Shown here piece after piece: positions 9,798 through 23,988 of a stretch of 64,000 bases of DNA (its first letter is position 1; each line of letters starts with the position of its first letter). The DNA comes from an uncultured delta proteobacterium. Its GTDB lineage: Bacteria; Desulfobacterota; Binatia; HRBIN30; BPIQ01. The position numbers and the translations under genes were made by a program. The stretch spans positions 1 through 64,000 of the forward strand of contig CAVXGR010000005.1 in assembly GCA_963761335.1 (NCBI GenBank). Direction: 5' to 3'. Below the pieces are notes generated by a model, which did no database searches, was not told the origin of the DNA, and saw only the letters and a program-made list of their open reading frames with translations.

Positions 9798-10064
9798 TCA
9801 GTAGTGGTAGCGGCACTGCGCGATCTGCAGCTGGCGCGCCGCGCCCTTGCCGACGACCCGGTAGACCAGTCGGTGCTCGCCTGTGATGCGTCGCGACCAC
9901 CAACCGGCAAGCGTGCCCCTCAGCAGCTCGGGCTTGCCGATTCCGGTGAAGGGGTGGCGTCTGATGTCGGCAAGCAAGCGGTCGATGCGCAGCGCCGTTT
10001 CAGGCGATTGTCGCGCGAACCAGCGGTAGTCCTGAGCAGCTCCTGCGGTCCAGCGCTCGATCAT
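9798..10064 (-). CDS. yoeB: Txe/YoeB toxin
   Basis: HPFTGIGKPELLRG.LAGWWSRRITGEHRLVY...CRYHY. Confidence 0.92.
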   Translation of the reverse strand: MIERWTAGAAQDYRWFARQSPETALRIDRLLADIRRHPFTGIGKPELLRGTLAGWWSRRITGEHRLVYRVVGKGAARQLQIAQCRYHY

Positions 10065-10321
10065 CCGCGCGGCGTGGGGACGAACCGCCCAGCGTCCGCA
10101 TCACGGATGGCCTTGTGCAGGCGCCGAGCATTGCGCGGGCTACGCAGGAGATGGAGGGTCGCCGCCATCGCTTCGTACTCCTTGAGAGAGAGCATGACGA
10201 CGGAGGGAGCCTTCTGCCGTGTGACAACGATCGGTCGCCTGTCGTCAACCACCGTGTCCATGAGTTCTGCCAGACGCTGTCGCGCCTCGCTGTATCCCAC
10301 GATCTGCATCGAGTCCTTCAT
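10061..10321 (-). CDS. yefM: YefM/Phd antitoxin
   Basis: YSEARQRLAELMD...VVMLSL.EY...TLHLLRSPRNARRL; overlaps the toxin start. Confidence 0.9.
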   Translation of the reverse strand: MKDSMQIVGYSEARQRLAELMDTVVDDRRPIVVTRQKAPSVVMLSLKEYEAMAATLHLLRSPRNARRLHKAIRDADAGRFVPTPRG

Positions 10322-10322
10322 A

Positions 10323-10340
10323 CGTACAAATATTTGTACG
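10323..10340. promoter_or_regulatory. Perfect 18-bp palindrome, probable yefM-yoeB autorepression operator
   Basis: CGTACAAATATTTGTACG directly upstream of yefM; TTGACG -35-like box on the minus strand at 10356-10361. Confidence 0.7.
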
Positions 10341-10436
10341 GGAGGGTCGGCGAGTCGTCAAGGCGGCGATGAGTCACCTGGCCCACCCATCGATGTTGAC
10401 AATCAAGGCGGGAAGCACTTACGCAACGATCGAGGA

Positions 10437-11536
10437 TCACCCGCGCATGCCGTCGATCTGGTACAGCGGCACCGGCCGGCTGAGGCCCTTCAGGTCGTGC
10501 TCGCCCAGGCTCGACGCCGTCACCCGGTTCTCCACGGCCGCGTGCACGCGGTGGGTAACGAGGATCGCTCCGCCGGGCGCGATGCCGCACACGCGCGCGG
10601 CGAGGTTCACGACCGTGCCGATCGCGGCGTACTCGGTGCGCCCCTCGAATCCGATCTCGCCGCAGGTGGCGTAGCCGACGGCGATGCCGATGCCGAGCGA
10701 GAGATCATGGCCGCGCCGGCGCCACTGCTGCGACAGGGCCGCGGTGCGCTCCCGCATCGCGATTGCCAGCCGCACGGCATCCCACGCCGGGTCGTCGAGC
10801 GGCACGGGATCGTTGAAGAACACCAACATCCCGTCGCCGGTGAACTGGGCGATGGTGCCGCCGTGCTCGAAGGTCATCGGCCCGACGGCGTGGTGAAACT
10901 CGCGTAGCACGGCCATCACTTCTTCGGGCTCGGCCGTCTCGGAGAACGGGGTGAAGCCGCGCATGTCGCAGAACAGCACCGTGATCTCGCGGCGGTGGCT
11001 GGCGAGGATCGAGTCGCCGCCGGCGGCGATCGCCTCGGCAAGCTGCGGGGTGACGAAACGCCGCAGCGTGTTGAGCCGCTCCACCTCGCGCACCTTCTCC
11101 TCCACGCGCTCGCTGAGCCGCGTGTTCCACTCGAGCAGCTCGTCCGTCATTCGCTTGCGGTCGAGGCACGCTCCGAGCCGGGCTTGGAGCAGCACCGGGT
11201 CGAACGGTTTTGGAAGGTAGTCCTCGGCGCCGAGCTTGATGCAGGCGATGATGGAGTCCATCTCGTCGATGCCGGAGATGACGATGAACGGAATGGTCTT
11301 CAAACGGTCGTCACCGCTGCGGTGCGTGAGCAGCGCGTAGCCGTCCATCTCCGGCATCTCGATGTCGGTGAGGACCACATCGATGGCGTGTTCGGCGAGC
11401 ATCGCGATGGCTTCCCGGCCGTTGCCGGCCTCGCGCACCTGGTGGCCTTCGGCGCCGAGCGACATCGACAGCATCGTCCGGTTGAGCGGATCGTCGTCGA
11501 CGACGAGGACCGTGGCGGGTTTGGTGGGCATGGCGT

Positions 11537-11540
<4 letters not shown>
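10437..11540 (-). CDS. Response regulator receiver + class III adenylate/guanylate cyclase
   Basis: [43 protein letters not shown]. Confidence 0.92.
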
Positions 11541-16015
<4,475 letters not shown>

Positions 16016-16098
16016 GCGAGGAAGATGGATAGACTTCTTCGCGGTCGGCAGTCAACCGAGCGTGGGTCGCCGAACGCTGCCGCGCCGCCGGTCTGCGC

Positions 16099-16170
16099 GT
16101 GATCGAGGGGCGCTGCCCGCCGTACGGCAAGAACATTCCTCTCCAGCCGATCCTGCAGGTCTTCCGCCAC
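16099..16170 (+). pseudogene. Short internal fragment of an AAA-type adenylate cyclase gene
   Basis: VIEGRCPPYGKNIPLQPILQVFR resembles the segment after Walker A in cyclase-AAA proteins. Confidence 0.45.
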
Positions 16171-16242
16171 GGTGAACCGGACATGGAGAGGTAGCCGCTG
16201 CCATGGGTCGCAACCGAAGGTCTAACTCGGGTAAGGGCCCCG

Positions 16243-16386
16243 GTGAGCTGTTCAAGCTGCGGACACGAAAACCCCGAGAAGGCCAAGTTCTGCCTGGAGT
16301 GCGGGCAGGCGTTTGCGCTGCGTTGCGGCAAGTGCGGGACGGAGCTTCCGGCCGGAGCGAAGTTCTGTCTCGAGTGCGGCGAGAGC
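16243..16386 (+). pseudogene. Double zinc-ribbon N-terminal stub (cyclase-AAA type)
   Basis: CSSCGHENPEKAKFCLECG...CGKCGTELPAGAKFCLECG, then the similarity ends. Confidence 0.7.
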
Positions 16387-16450
16387 TGGAGGCGCGCTTG
16401 CGAGCTTGGTTGGATGGACCATGATCGCGGACCATGGTATGAGGGGATCA

Positions 16451-16690
16451 ATGGACACCATGCCGATTTCGAAGTTCAAAGCCACCTGCCTAGCGGCGCT
16501 CGACCGTGTTCGTCGCACCGGTCGCCCGCTGCGCGTCACTCGCTTTGGAAAGCCCATCGCCGACGTCGTACCGGCCGCCCCCGAGAAACCGGCAGGTGAC
16601 TGGCTCGGGTCGCTGCGTGGCACGCTCAAGATCCGTGGCGACATCGTCCGACCGTCGAGCGACCTCGTGAAGTGGGAAGCGCTCGAGTGA
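16451..16690 (+). CDS. Phd/YefM-family antitoxin
   Basis: ISKFKATCLAALDRVRRTG.P..VTRFGKPIA; overlaps the downstream PIN gene. Confidence 0.88.
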   Translation: MDTMPISKFKATCLAALDRVRRTGRPLRVTRFGKPIADVVPAAPEKPAGDWLGSLRGTLKIRGDIVRPSSDLVKWEALE

Positions 16691-17088
16691 ATCTGCTCCT
16701 CGACACACACGTGTGGGTATGGAGCCACATCGAGCCGGAACGTCTGACGAAGCGTGTTACAGCGGCGCTTAGCGAACGGTCCAACGATCTCTGGCTCTCG
16801 CCGATCAGCATCTGGGAGTTTCTGTTGCTTGCCGAGCGCGGGCGCCTGCAGCCTCAGGGAGGTCTCGCCGCCGTCGACTGGGTGGAAGCGGCCCTTTCGC
16901 GCTTTCCGATGCACGAGGCGGCGTTGACACGCGACGTGGCGCTACGCAGCCGCACCGTGCGGGTCGAGCACGAGGACCCCGCGGATCGCTTCCTTGCGGC
17001 CACCGCTGAGGTGTACGAGCTGACCCTGGTCACGGCCGATGAACGGCTGCTTCAAGGCAAGGGCTTCCGCACACTCGCAAACCGCTGA
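16687..17088 (+). CDS. vapC: PIN-domain toxin (VapC family)
   Basis: LLLDTHVWVW, SPISIWE, HEDPADRFLAATA, LVTAD. Confidence 0.9.
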   Translation: MNLLLDTHVWVWSHIEPERLTKRVTAALSERSNDLWLSPISIWEFLLLAERGRLQPQGGLAAVDWVEAALSRFPMHEAALTRDVALRSRTVRVEHEDPADRFLAATAEVYELTLVTADERLLQGKGFRTLANR

Positions 17089-17206
17089 CCGTCGTACTGG
17101 CTACTTCGGCGATCCACCCCCGACACTCGACAGCGCTCGCGCCGATGTTGACACGAGCGGCCGAGGACCCGGTCCTCCTGGCGCGAGCCGCGACTCGCCC
17201 GCGCAA

Positions 17207-17236
17207 TTGACGGCTGATATCAGCCTGATGTAGCGT
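17207..17236 (+). promoter_or_regulatory. Promoter with palindromic operator for the second vapBC-like pair
   Basis: TTGACG followed by perfect palindrome GGCTGATATCAGCC (17212-17225) just upstream of ATG 17243. Confidence 0.55.
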
Positions 17237-17242
17237 GATAAC

Positions 17243-17476
17243 ATGATTCGCACGCAGATCTCTCTCGACGAGGATGCGTACCGAGAGGCCAAGGAGGAAG
17301 CGCGGCAGCAGGGCATCTCCCTGGCGGAGTTTCTCCGCCGGCTGGTCGCCGCCGGCATTCGGCACAGGCGGATCAAGCAGCGGCCGTGGATGCGGCACGC
17401 GGGCGTCCTGGCATCGGGCGACCGCGATGCGAGCCGGAGCGTGGATGCCGTCGTCTACGGCCGGCCGCGGCCATGA
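17243..17476 (+). CDS. CopG/ribbon-helix-helix antitoxin
   Basis: MIRTQISLD...ARQQGISLAEFLRR; ATGA overlap with the PIN gene. Confidence 0.85.
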   Translation: MIRTQISLDEDAYREAKEEARQQGISLAEFLRRLVAAGIRHRRIKQRPWMRHAGVLASGDRDASRSVDAVVYGRPRP

Positions 17477-17886
17477 AGTCCGGCGCGGTCTTCCTGGACA
17501 GCGGCATCTTCATCGCCTTCCTCGATCGCTCGGACCGATTCCACCCCGCGGCCGTCGAGCTGTTCTCCGATCCCGCGCGGCGATGTCATACGTCTCTGGC
17601 GGTCGTCGCGGAAACGTATGGATGGTTCCTGCATCGGCTCGGCGAGGAGGCAGCGCGCACATTCCGCCTCGCATTGGCCGATTTTTCCTGGCTGACCTTG
17701 CACCCCCTCGACACGGCGCATCATGCCGCCGTCCTGCAGAAGCTCGAACGCCTGCGTGGCCACAAACTGACCTACGTCGATGCTTCCGCCCTGGTCTTCC
17801 TCGCGCGACTTCGGATTCGAGAGGTGTGGGGCACCGATCGCGACCTGAGCATCGAAGGAGCGCGCGTCGTCCCGACCGGAGCGTGA
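17473..17886 (+). CDS. vapC: PIN-domain toxin (VapC family)
   Basis: VFLDSGIFIAFLDRSDRFH, ETY, LTYVDASA, TD. Confidence 0.88.
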   Translation: MKSGAVFLDSGIFIAFLDRSDRFHPAAVELFSDPARRCHTSLAVVAETYGWFLHRLGEEAARTFRLALADFSWLTLHPLDTAHHAAVLQKLERLRGHKLTYVDASALVFLARLRIREVWGTDRDLSIEGARVVPTGA

Positions 17887-17909
17887 TTGCTGCCGGCAGT
17901 CGAGATCGC

Positions 17910-18090
17910 ATGAGCTTCATCGCCAAACTGCAGTGGGCCCGTGCGGTCCTCGAACAGCAGGACCGGGTGTCCACGGCGCTGCAGCGCGAGCTGGAGGCCG
18001 GCAGCGAGGAGCTGGAGGAGATCATCGAAGAGGTCGTCGACGTTCAGCGGATCGCACGACGTGAGGGCAGGATTCTCGTCTGCGCCGGCG
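17910..18090 (+). pseudogene. N-terminal helical stub resembling the leader domain of cyclase-AAA-TPR proteins
   Basis: MSFIAKLQWARAVLEQQDRVS.ALQREL...ELEEIIEEVVDVQRIARREGRILV; no cyclase domain follows. Confidence 0.45.
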
Positions 18091-18391
18091 CTCAATTCCA
18101 GGGGGTTCCGGCAGCCGGAAACCATGGGGTTGAGGGATCGAGATCCGACCCTCTGACTCCCGGCCCCGGACCTCCGACCGAGATGCGCAAGATCATCAGC
18201 GGTCCAGGTCGAGAAGGATCAGCGGGCGGCGGTCCGAGAACCGGAAGTCCTCGCGCAGGCGTCGAAGGGCGCGATTAGGCCATGATCGTCGAGGGCTCGC
18301 TGGCCTTATGCACGGTGACGCTGGCCATCGGAGCTCTCGCCTGCTTGCCCACTGGATCGGGGCCGGCCCGCGCCCGGTCGGCGCGGAACGG

Positions 18392-19321
18392 TCAAGGAGG
18401 TGAATCGCCCGTGCGTGTGCTCCAACCGAAACGCACCGCCAGGGCTTCGTGGTCGCTCAGCGGCTCGCCGTCGTCGGTGACGAACACGTCGGTTTCGAAG
18501 TGCCACGAGAGCGGCGTCACCTCGACCTCGTTGCTGCTGCGGAAGAGCATCTTCTCGATGCGGCCCGGCTGCGGGCAGCCGAGGTAGGCGCACACGTCGG
18601 TCAATCCGGTCTCCGCGAGAAGCGTCTGGAACTGGCTCGAGTCCGGCTCCTCGTCGGTGTGCAGATTGAAGTCGCCGCCGACGATCACGGGTCGTCCGGC
18701 CGAGTGGTCGGCCATGAAGGCCGCCAGCTCCATCACGCCCTGCAGCCGCAGGCGCTCATCTTCAGCCGAGCCGCCGGCCTCCATGTGCAGATTGTAGACG
18801 TCGACGACGGCGCCCGTGCCGAAGGTGGTGCGCGCCACGCTGAAGCCCTTCTCGGAGAGACAGTCTGCGGCGGTGTCGAAGCATTCGGACCACATATGGC
18901 GGATGACCGGCTCGAACGGGAAGCGCGAGAAACGGTTGAGGCCGTCGCTGACCAGGGCGCTGGGGCGGCGCGGATCGGTGCCCAGCGGCAGCGGCGCCGG
19001 CACGGACTTGAACTCGTGATTGGAGCCCGCGGCCAGGATCTCGTGATACACCCGCAAGCCGGGCATGGTGTTGTTCTCCGGCGTCTGCCAGCTCTCCTCG
19101 AGAAGAACCAGGTCGTAGGCGTTCAGCTTGGGCGCGATCTGCGCGGTGTAGATCGAGGGATGGGAGCTGGAGATCCCTTCGGGCAGGCCTGCGACGTTGT
19201 AGGTGAGGGCCAGGAACTCGCCCGACTCCGAAGATTGCTCGATAGGCACGGGATTGCTGCCGCTGCCGCACGAGGCGAGCAAGCCGAGGGTCAGGATTGC
19301 GATCAGGAGCCGTTGCATCAT
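18392..19321 (-). CDS. Endonuclease/exonuclease/phosphatase-family lipoprotein
   Basis: Lipobox LASC; LTYNVAG, NLHMEA, GGDFN, SDH. Confidence 0.88.
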   Translation of the reverse strand: MMQRLLIAILTLGLLASCGSGSNPVPIEQSSESGEFLALTYNVAGLPEGISSSHPSIYTAQIAPKLNAYDLVLLEESWQTPENNTMPGLRVYHEILAAGSNHEFKSVPAPLPLGTDPRRPSALVSDGLNRFSRFPFEPVIRHMWSECFDTAADCLSEKGFSVARTTFGTGAVVDVYNLHMEAGGSAEDERLRLQGVMELAAFMADHSAGRPVIVGGDFNLHTDEEPDSSQFQTLLAETGLTDVCAYLGCPQPGRIEKMLFRSSNEVEVTPLSWHFETDVFVTDDGEPLSDHEALAVRFGWSTRTGDSPP

Positions 19322-19413
19322 CTTCGAGGGCTAGCACGGAAATGTGGCGTTGGTCACACAAAATTCACACAAATGCCGCACAAGAGTGCGGTGGCCTTCG
19401 GCATCCGTCCAAT

Positions 19414-19449
19414 CCCCCTCACCTTGATCCTCTCCCATCCGGGAGAGGG
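19414..19449. repeat. CCCTCACC...CTCTCCC/GGGAGAGGG REP-like hairpin
   Basis: ccccctcaccttgatcctctcccatccgggagaggg; first part matches 48088-48109. Confidence 0.65.
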
Positions 19450-19455
19450 AACCCT

Positions 19456-20703
19456 TCACGATACGTCATCATAACTTTGGCTGGCAGTGCTTGGGACGCT
19501 ACTCGCCTGGCTTGACGCCGGCCCGAGCGCCGCATCGAGGACGCGCTCGGCCAGGAGACGCGCAGTGGTGAGCTTCACCCCGGAGACGCTCCACAGGCCG
19601 GCGGGACCACCGGCGTGGCCGTGATCGACCACGACGTCGCGGCGCGATACATCGAGCGCCCCCGGGGCCTTGCCGGGCCGCAGGCCGGCGAAGGTGCGAA
19701 TCACGTCGCTCTCAGACAGATCGAGACCGGGAAGGGCGCGGTTCAGGGCATCGAGGAAGGCGCGCTGCTCTTCGCGGCTCACAGTGGCCTGCGTACAAGA
19801 GTCCGGGCGCGCGACCTGGCCTGTGCCGGCGAGCAGGCGCCCCTCCGATTCGGTTAGGAAAAGCGCGCGTCCTCCCCCGGGTGGCGTCACTGCGAGGGCG
19901 TCCTTCGAGAGCGCCGGTCGGTCGAAGAGGACGTTCCACGCCGCCACGGGATGGAAGAGCGCCGGGTAATCGCGGTCGAGTCGGCAGGCGAGGGCTCGCA
20001 CCCACGGCCCGGTGGCGTTCACCACGAGGGGCGCGCGGAAGGCGACGAGGTCGTGCGCTGCCGCGGTCCGCGCCGCGACTCCGCGCACCCGTCCACTCGC
20101 GAGGTGCAGATCGTCGACGCTCACCCCGGCCAGCATGCAGGCGCCGGCGGCGAGAGCTCGGCCTCGCACCGCCTCGAGCAGGGCCGACACGTCGGGCATC
20201 ACGGCGTCGTGCCACAGCGCCGCGCCCTGCAGGCCTCTCCGCCGCAGGTGGGGGCAGCGGGCCAGCGCCTCGTTGCGACCGAGCAGTCGCCCCGGCGGAA
20301 GACGGAGCGCCTCGGCGACGCCGCGGTTGCGAGCGGCGCCGAGCAGCCGATCGGCGAGCAGTGCCGCGCCGAGGACGCTGGGGCGGCGCAGGCCTTCGCC
20401 GTACAGGGGCATCAGCACCGGCAGGGGGCGGACGTGCTCGGGAAAGGCCGTGCGGAACCAACGTTGCTCGCCGAGCGCGGCGCGATGTCGCGCGAGGTCG
20501 AGTGATTGGAGGTAGCGCAGGCCTCCGTGCAGGATGCGGAGGCTGTTGGCGCTGGTGGCGCCGCCGAAGACGTCGCGTTCCAGCACCAGCGGCGTCAGGC
20601 CCCGACGAGTGGCCTCGAGCGCCAACATGAGACCCTGCACGCCGCCGCCGACGACGATGAGATCGTACTGCCGGGCGGCGGCCTCGGCGACGGCGACGTT
20701 CAT
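19456..20703 (-). CDS. FAD-dependent oxidoreductase (glycerol-3-phosphate dehydrogenase/DAO-like)
   Basis: VVGGGVQG, SLRILHGGLRYL, VVNATGPW, FAGLRP, GVKLTTAR. Confidence 0.85.
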   Translation of the reverse strand: MNVAVAEAAARQYDLIVVGGGVQGLMLALEATRRGLTPLVLERDVFGGATSANSLRILHGGLRYLQSLDLARHRAALGEQRWFRTAFPEHVRPLPVLMPLYGEGLRRPSVLGAALLADRLLGAARNRGVAEALRLPPGRLLGRNEALARCPHLRRRGLQGAALWHDAVMPDVSALLEAVRGRALAAGACMLAGVSVDDLHLASGRVRGVAARTAAAHDLVAFRAPLVVNATGPWVRALACRLDRDYPALFHPVAAWNVLFDRPALSKDALAVTPPGGGRALFLTESEGRLLAGTGQVARPDSCTQATVSREEQRAFLDALNRALPGLDLSESDVIRTFAGLRPGKAPGALDVSRRDVVVDHGHAGGPAGLWSVSGVKLTTARLLAERVLDAALGPASSQASSVPSTASQSYDDVS

Positions 20704-20704
20704 C

Positions 20705-21685
20705 TCAGATCCAGCCCCGCTCCCGATACCAGCGCGCCGTGTGCTCGATGCCGCTGCGCAAGTCGTAGCGCGGCGCGTAGCCGAGCTCGCGGCGGGCGCG
20801 CTCGATGGTGAAGGCGCGATCGATGCGGAAGAAGTTGACGCGCCGCGGATAGAGTGGCGGCGAGACGCCGACGAGGCGGCAGGCGCGGTCGCAGACGACC
20901 GAGGCGGCGTAGACGGGGGCGAAGGGCACGTGCCAGCGCACGCGCGGGCGGCCGACGGCGTCGGCGATTGTATCGACCACCTCGCGCAGCGTCGGGTTCT
21001 CGGCGCCGCCGATCGTGTAGACGCGGCCGACGGCGCCGCTGTGGGTGCTCGCGAGCAGCATGCCGTCCACGAGATCGTCGACGTGGGTCATGTGCCGCAA
21101 GGTGCGTCCGGAGCCGATCATGACGAAGCGCCCGCGGGCCACCGCCCGGAAGAGCTTCAGGTAGCGCCGGTCGCCGGGTCCGTAGAGCCCGACCGGGCGC
21201 ACGATCACGCCGGGCATCCCCTCGTTGAAGGCGGCTCGCGCCAGGCGCTCGCCCTCGAGCTTCGATCGTTGATAGTGATCGCGCGGAGCGAAGCGGTAGT
21301 CCTCGTCCGCCGGCGCGTCCTCGATCGCCCCCTGCACGCCCACCGTCGAGGTGTGCACGAAGCGTCCGACCCCGGCCCTGCGGGCCGCCTCGAGCAGATG
21401 GCGCGTGGCCCCCACGTTGACGCGCTCGAAGACGTCGCGGTCCGCGTGCTCCGTGCGGTAGGCCGCCGCCACGTGAAAGACGCGCTCGAAGGGCTCGAAG
21501 GCGCCTTGCACCGCCGCGCCGTTGGTGATGTCCACGCCGCGCACCTCGACGCCCAGCTCCCGCAGGGCGCGGTCGTCGCTGCCTGCCCGGACGAAGGCGA
21601 CGACCGCGTGGCCCGTCTCCACGAGGCGCCGGCACAGCGCCCCGCCGGCGAATCCCGTCGCCCCGGTCACCAGGACGCGCTCCAT
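20705..21685 (-). CDS. NAD-dependent epimerase/dehydratase
   Basis: VTGATGFAG, YQRSK, RPVGLYGPGD. Confidence 0.9.
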   Translation of the reverse strand: MERVLVTGATGFAGGALCRRLVETGHAVVAFVRAGSDDRALRELGVEVRGVDITNGAAVQGAFEPFERVFHVAAAYRTEHADRDVFERVNVGATRHLLEAARRAGVGRFVHTSTVGVQGAIEDAPADEDYRFAPRDHYQRSKLEGERLARAAFNEGMPGVIVRPVGLYGPGDRRYLKLFRAVARGRFVMIGSGRTLRHMTHVDDLVDGMLLASTHSGAVGRVYTIGGAENPTLREVVDTIADAVGRPRVRWHVPFAPVYAASVVCDRACRLVGVSPPLYPRRVNFFRIDRAFTIERARRELGYAPRYDLRSGIEHTARWYRERGWI

Positions 21686-21688
21686 CGA

Positions 21689-22867
21689 TCAGGAGGCTCC
21701 CGCGGCGCCGAGGCGGGCGCGCACGGCCTGCATGCCCTCGTGGTAGCGCTCGGGTCCGTGGCGCTCGGCGAAGGCGCGCTGGGCTGCCTGCGCCCGCGCC
21801 TGCGCCGCGGCCGGGTTGTCGAGCACCGCGCAGATCGCCGCCGCCAGGGCCGCGGGCTCGGGGTCGGCGAGGAAGGCGATCGAGGCGTCGATCACCTGGG
21901 TATGGGCGGGCACCGCGGTGGCCACCAGCGGGATGCCGCTGGCGAGCTGCTCGTAGATCTTGAAGGGCGTGTTCGTCCCCTGGGCCCGGGGCGACGTCAG
22001 CACGCTGGCGCTCGTCTGCAGGCAGCGCGCCTCCGCCGGCGACAGCCATCCCGTGAAGCGCGCGTGCTCGGCGAGCCCCAGGGCTTCGGCGCGCCGGCGC
22101 AGAGCCTGCACCTGCGCGGGAGCTCCGCCGGCCACCACGAGCACGGCATCGGGATGGCGCGCGACGACCGCGGGAAGGGCGCCGATGAGCAGGTCCACTC
22201 CCTGGTAGGGTTCGAGATTCCCCGCATAGAGAACGACTCTGCGGCCGGGAGGCACGAGATCTCTGGCACGAGGCACATCGCTCGCACGCGTCAGGCGCAC
22301 GTCGTCGAAAAGCGTGTTCTCGATCAGGACGAGACGCGCCGGGTCGGGCATGAGGCGCCGCGCCTGCTCGGCCAGGGCGGGCGAGATGGCGATCACCACG
22401 TCCGCGTGGCGCAATGCCTGCCTCTCCAAGTGGCCGAAGAGGCCCACGAGCAGCCGCGAGCGTGTGAAAGCGAAGTTGCCGAGCTGCTCCGAGAGCCGCG
22501 AGTGCATGTCGTAGACGAGCCGGAAGCCGAAGAGCGGCTTCAGCCAGCGCGCCAGGAAGACGGCCTCCTCGTGCGCGTGCACATAGTCATAGCGGTGGCG
22601 AAGGAGGAGGGTGACGGCGCGGACGAAGAGCAGCGCGTCGAGCACGAGCTTGCGCCAGGACGGACCGACGGGGATCGGTCCCAGCAGGCGGAGCGCCGGC
22701 AGGCGCACGATGCGCACGCCCTCGATTTCGACGTCGTCCCCTTGTCCATAGGTGAGCAGGTCGATGCGGTCGCCGAGCCCGGCCGCCACGCGGGTGCGGT
22801 GATAGACGCTGAACGGAGTCCCTCGCGGCGTGAAGAAGGGCTCGGGTGCGAGAACCAGGGCCTTCAC
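21689..22867 (-). CDS. Glycosyltransferase family 4
   Basis: PEPFFTPRGTP, YAGNLEPYQGVD, PFKIYEQLASG.P. Confidence 0.9.
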   Translation of the reverse strand: MKALVLAPEPFFTPRGTPFSVYHRTRVAAGLGDRIDLLTYGQGDDVEIEGVRIVRLPALRLLGPIPVGPSWRKLVLDALLFVRAVTLLLRHRYDYVHAHEEAVFLARWLKPLFGFRLVYDMHSRLSEQLGNFAFTRSRLLVGLFGHLERQALRHADVVIAISPALAEQARRLMPDPARLVLIENTLFDDVRLTRASDVPRARDLVPPGRRVVLYAGNLEPYQGVDLLIGALPAVVARHPDAVLVVAGGAPAQVQALRRRAEALGLAEHARFTGWLSPAEARCLQTSASVLTSPRAQGTNTPFKIYEQLASGIPLVATAVPAHTQVIDASIAFLADPEPAALAAAICAVLDNPAAAQARAQAAQRAFAERHGPERYHEGMQAVRARLGAAGAS

Positions 22868-23730
22868 GGCGCGCGCCGCCCGCGGCGCTTGCGCCACTGG
22901 AGCCGCAGCTGCTGGCCCAGAAAGCGGAGCGGTGGCTGGAGTCTGCCGAAGGGCTCGAGGCGCGGCCTGTCGGCGGCCAGCGCCCGCCGGATGCTCGCGG
23001 CCGGCCGCGCCGGATCGAGGTCGAGCTCGATGCCGAACCCGAAGGCCCCGGGCCGCGTCTCGTCCTCGGCGAAGGGTGTCGGATCGGTGCCCGGCAGAAT
23101 CGTGAGGCCGAACTCCGCGGCCAGGTTCGCGGGACCGGACATGAGCGCTGTGCGCCCGCCGTTGTCACCCAGGAAGAGGTGCGGGTGGGGCGTGGCCAGG
23201 TAGCGGCGCAGCATGCGGCGCCGCCGTCCCCACCATTTGCCCGGCCCCCAGGAGAGGACCGGAACGGCATCCACCGCCGCCGTCTGCGCCACGGCCTCTT
23301 CGAGCGGCACGCCGTCGCGGAAGCGTCCGAGAGTGGCGAGGGCGAGGACGTGGAGATCCTCCTGCGTGTCGATCTGTCGCCCCGCGATCACGAACAGCTC
23401 ATCCGCACCGCGCACCAGGTGCAGGGCCTCGTTCTCTGCGGTCGTCTCGATCTGCCAGGCGCCGGCGCGCCTCTGCTCCGTCAGACGGGCGAAGGAGTCG
23501 CGACGGTCGGGCTCGGTCAGCATGAGAACGGCGACGCTGGGCCGGACGGCTCCGTCGTGAAGCTGCCGCACGGCGGCATCGAAGAGCGGGCCCAGACGGT
23601 GGGTGGAGTGCAGATGAACGTGCGCGTCGATACGCGCCTGACACTTGCTGTGGGTCAGTGGGTAGTCCGGATAGTCCGTGTTGACGGCCAATTCGACCTG
23701 CCATCGTGTCAGACACTCTCTAGACCCCAC
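22864..23730 (-). CDS. Hypothetical PHP-like metal-dependent hydrolase
   Basis: DAHVHLH, LHVLAL, PGKWW, GTDP; coupled to the GT4 start; start codon uncertain. Confidence 0.6.
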   Translation of the reverse strand: MGSRECLTRWQVELAVNTDYPDYPLTHSKCQARIDAHVHLHSTHRLGPLFDAAVRQLHDGAVRPSVAVLMLTEPDRRDSFARLTEQRRAGAWQIETTAENEALHLVRGADELFVIAGRQIDTQEDLHVLALATLGRFRDGVPLEEAVAQTAAVDAVPVLSWGPGKWWGRRRRMLRRYLATPHPHLFLGDNGGRTALMSGPANLAAEFGLTILPGTDPTPFAEDETRPGAFGFGIELDLDPARPAASIRRALAADRPRLEPFGRLQPPLRFLGQQLRLQWRKRRGRRAP

Positions 23731-23988
23731 GACGGCTCGGGAAAATCTAAGGGAGCGGGGTATACGGGGCGCACAAGCCGGGTGTCAAGCGGCAGGCCGG
23801 TGCTGCGCATCGACGATGCACAGGAATCGCAACTGTCGCCATCTTCCTAGACTTGCGGAGTCCCTCGGCGACAGATCGCTTGTAGGTGACGACACGCGGG
23901 ATCCGGCCGGCCCCTCACGGTCTATCGAACCTGCTCCTCATCGCTCTTGATCGAAGACTGCAACCCGGACGGTAGGAGGGCCGCAGCG

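Noticed and set aside
20534..23203. 889-aa plus-strand ORF, and similar long ORFs such as 33370..35562 (-) and 27634..29457 (-)
   Set aside because: Antisense shadows of well-supported genes in high-GC DNA; no motifs
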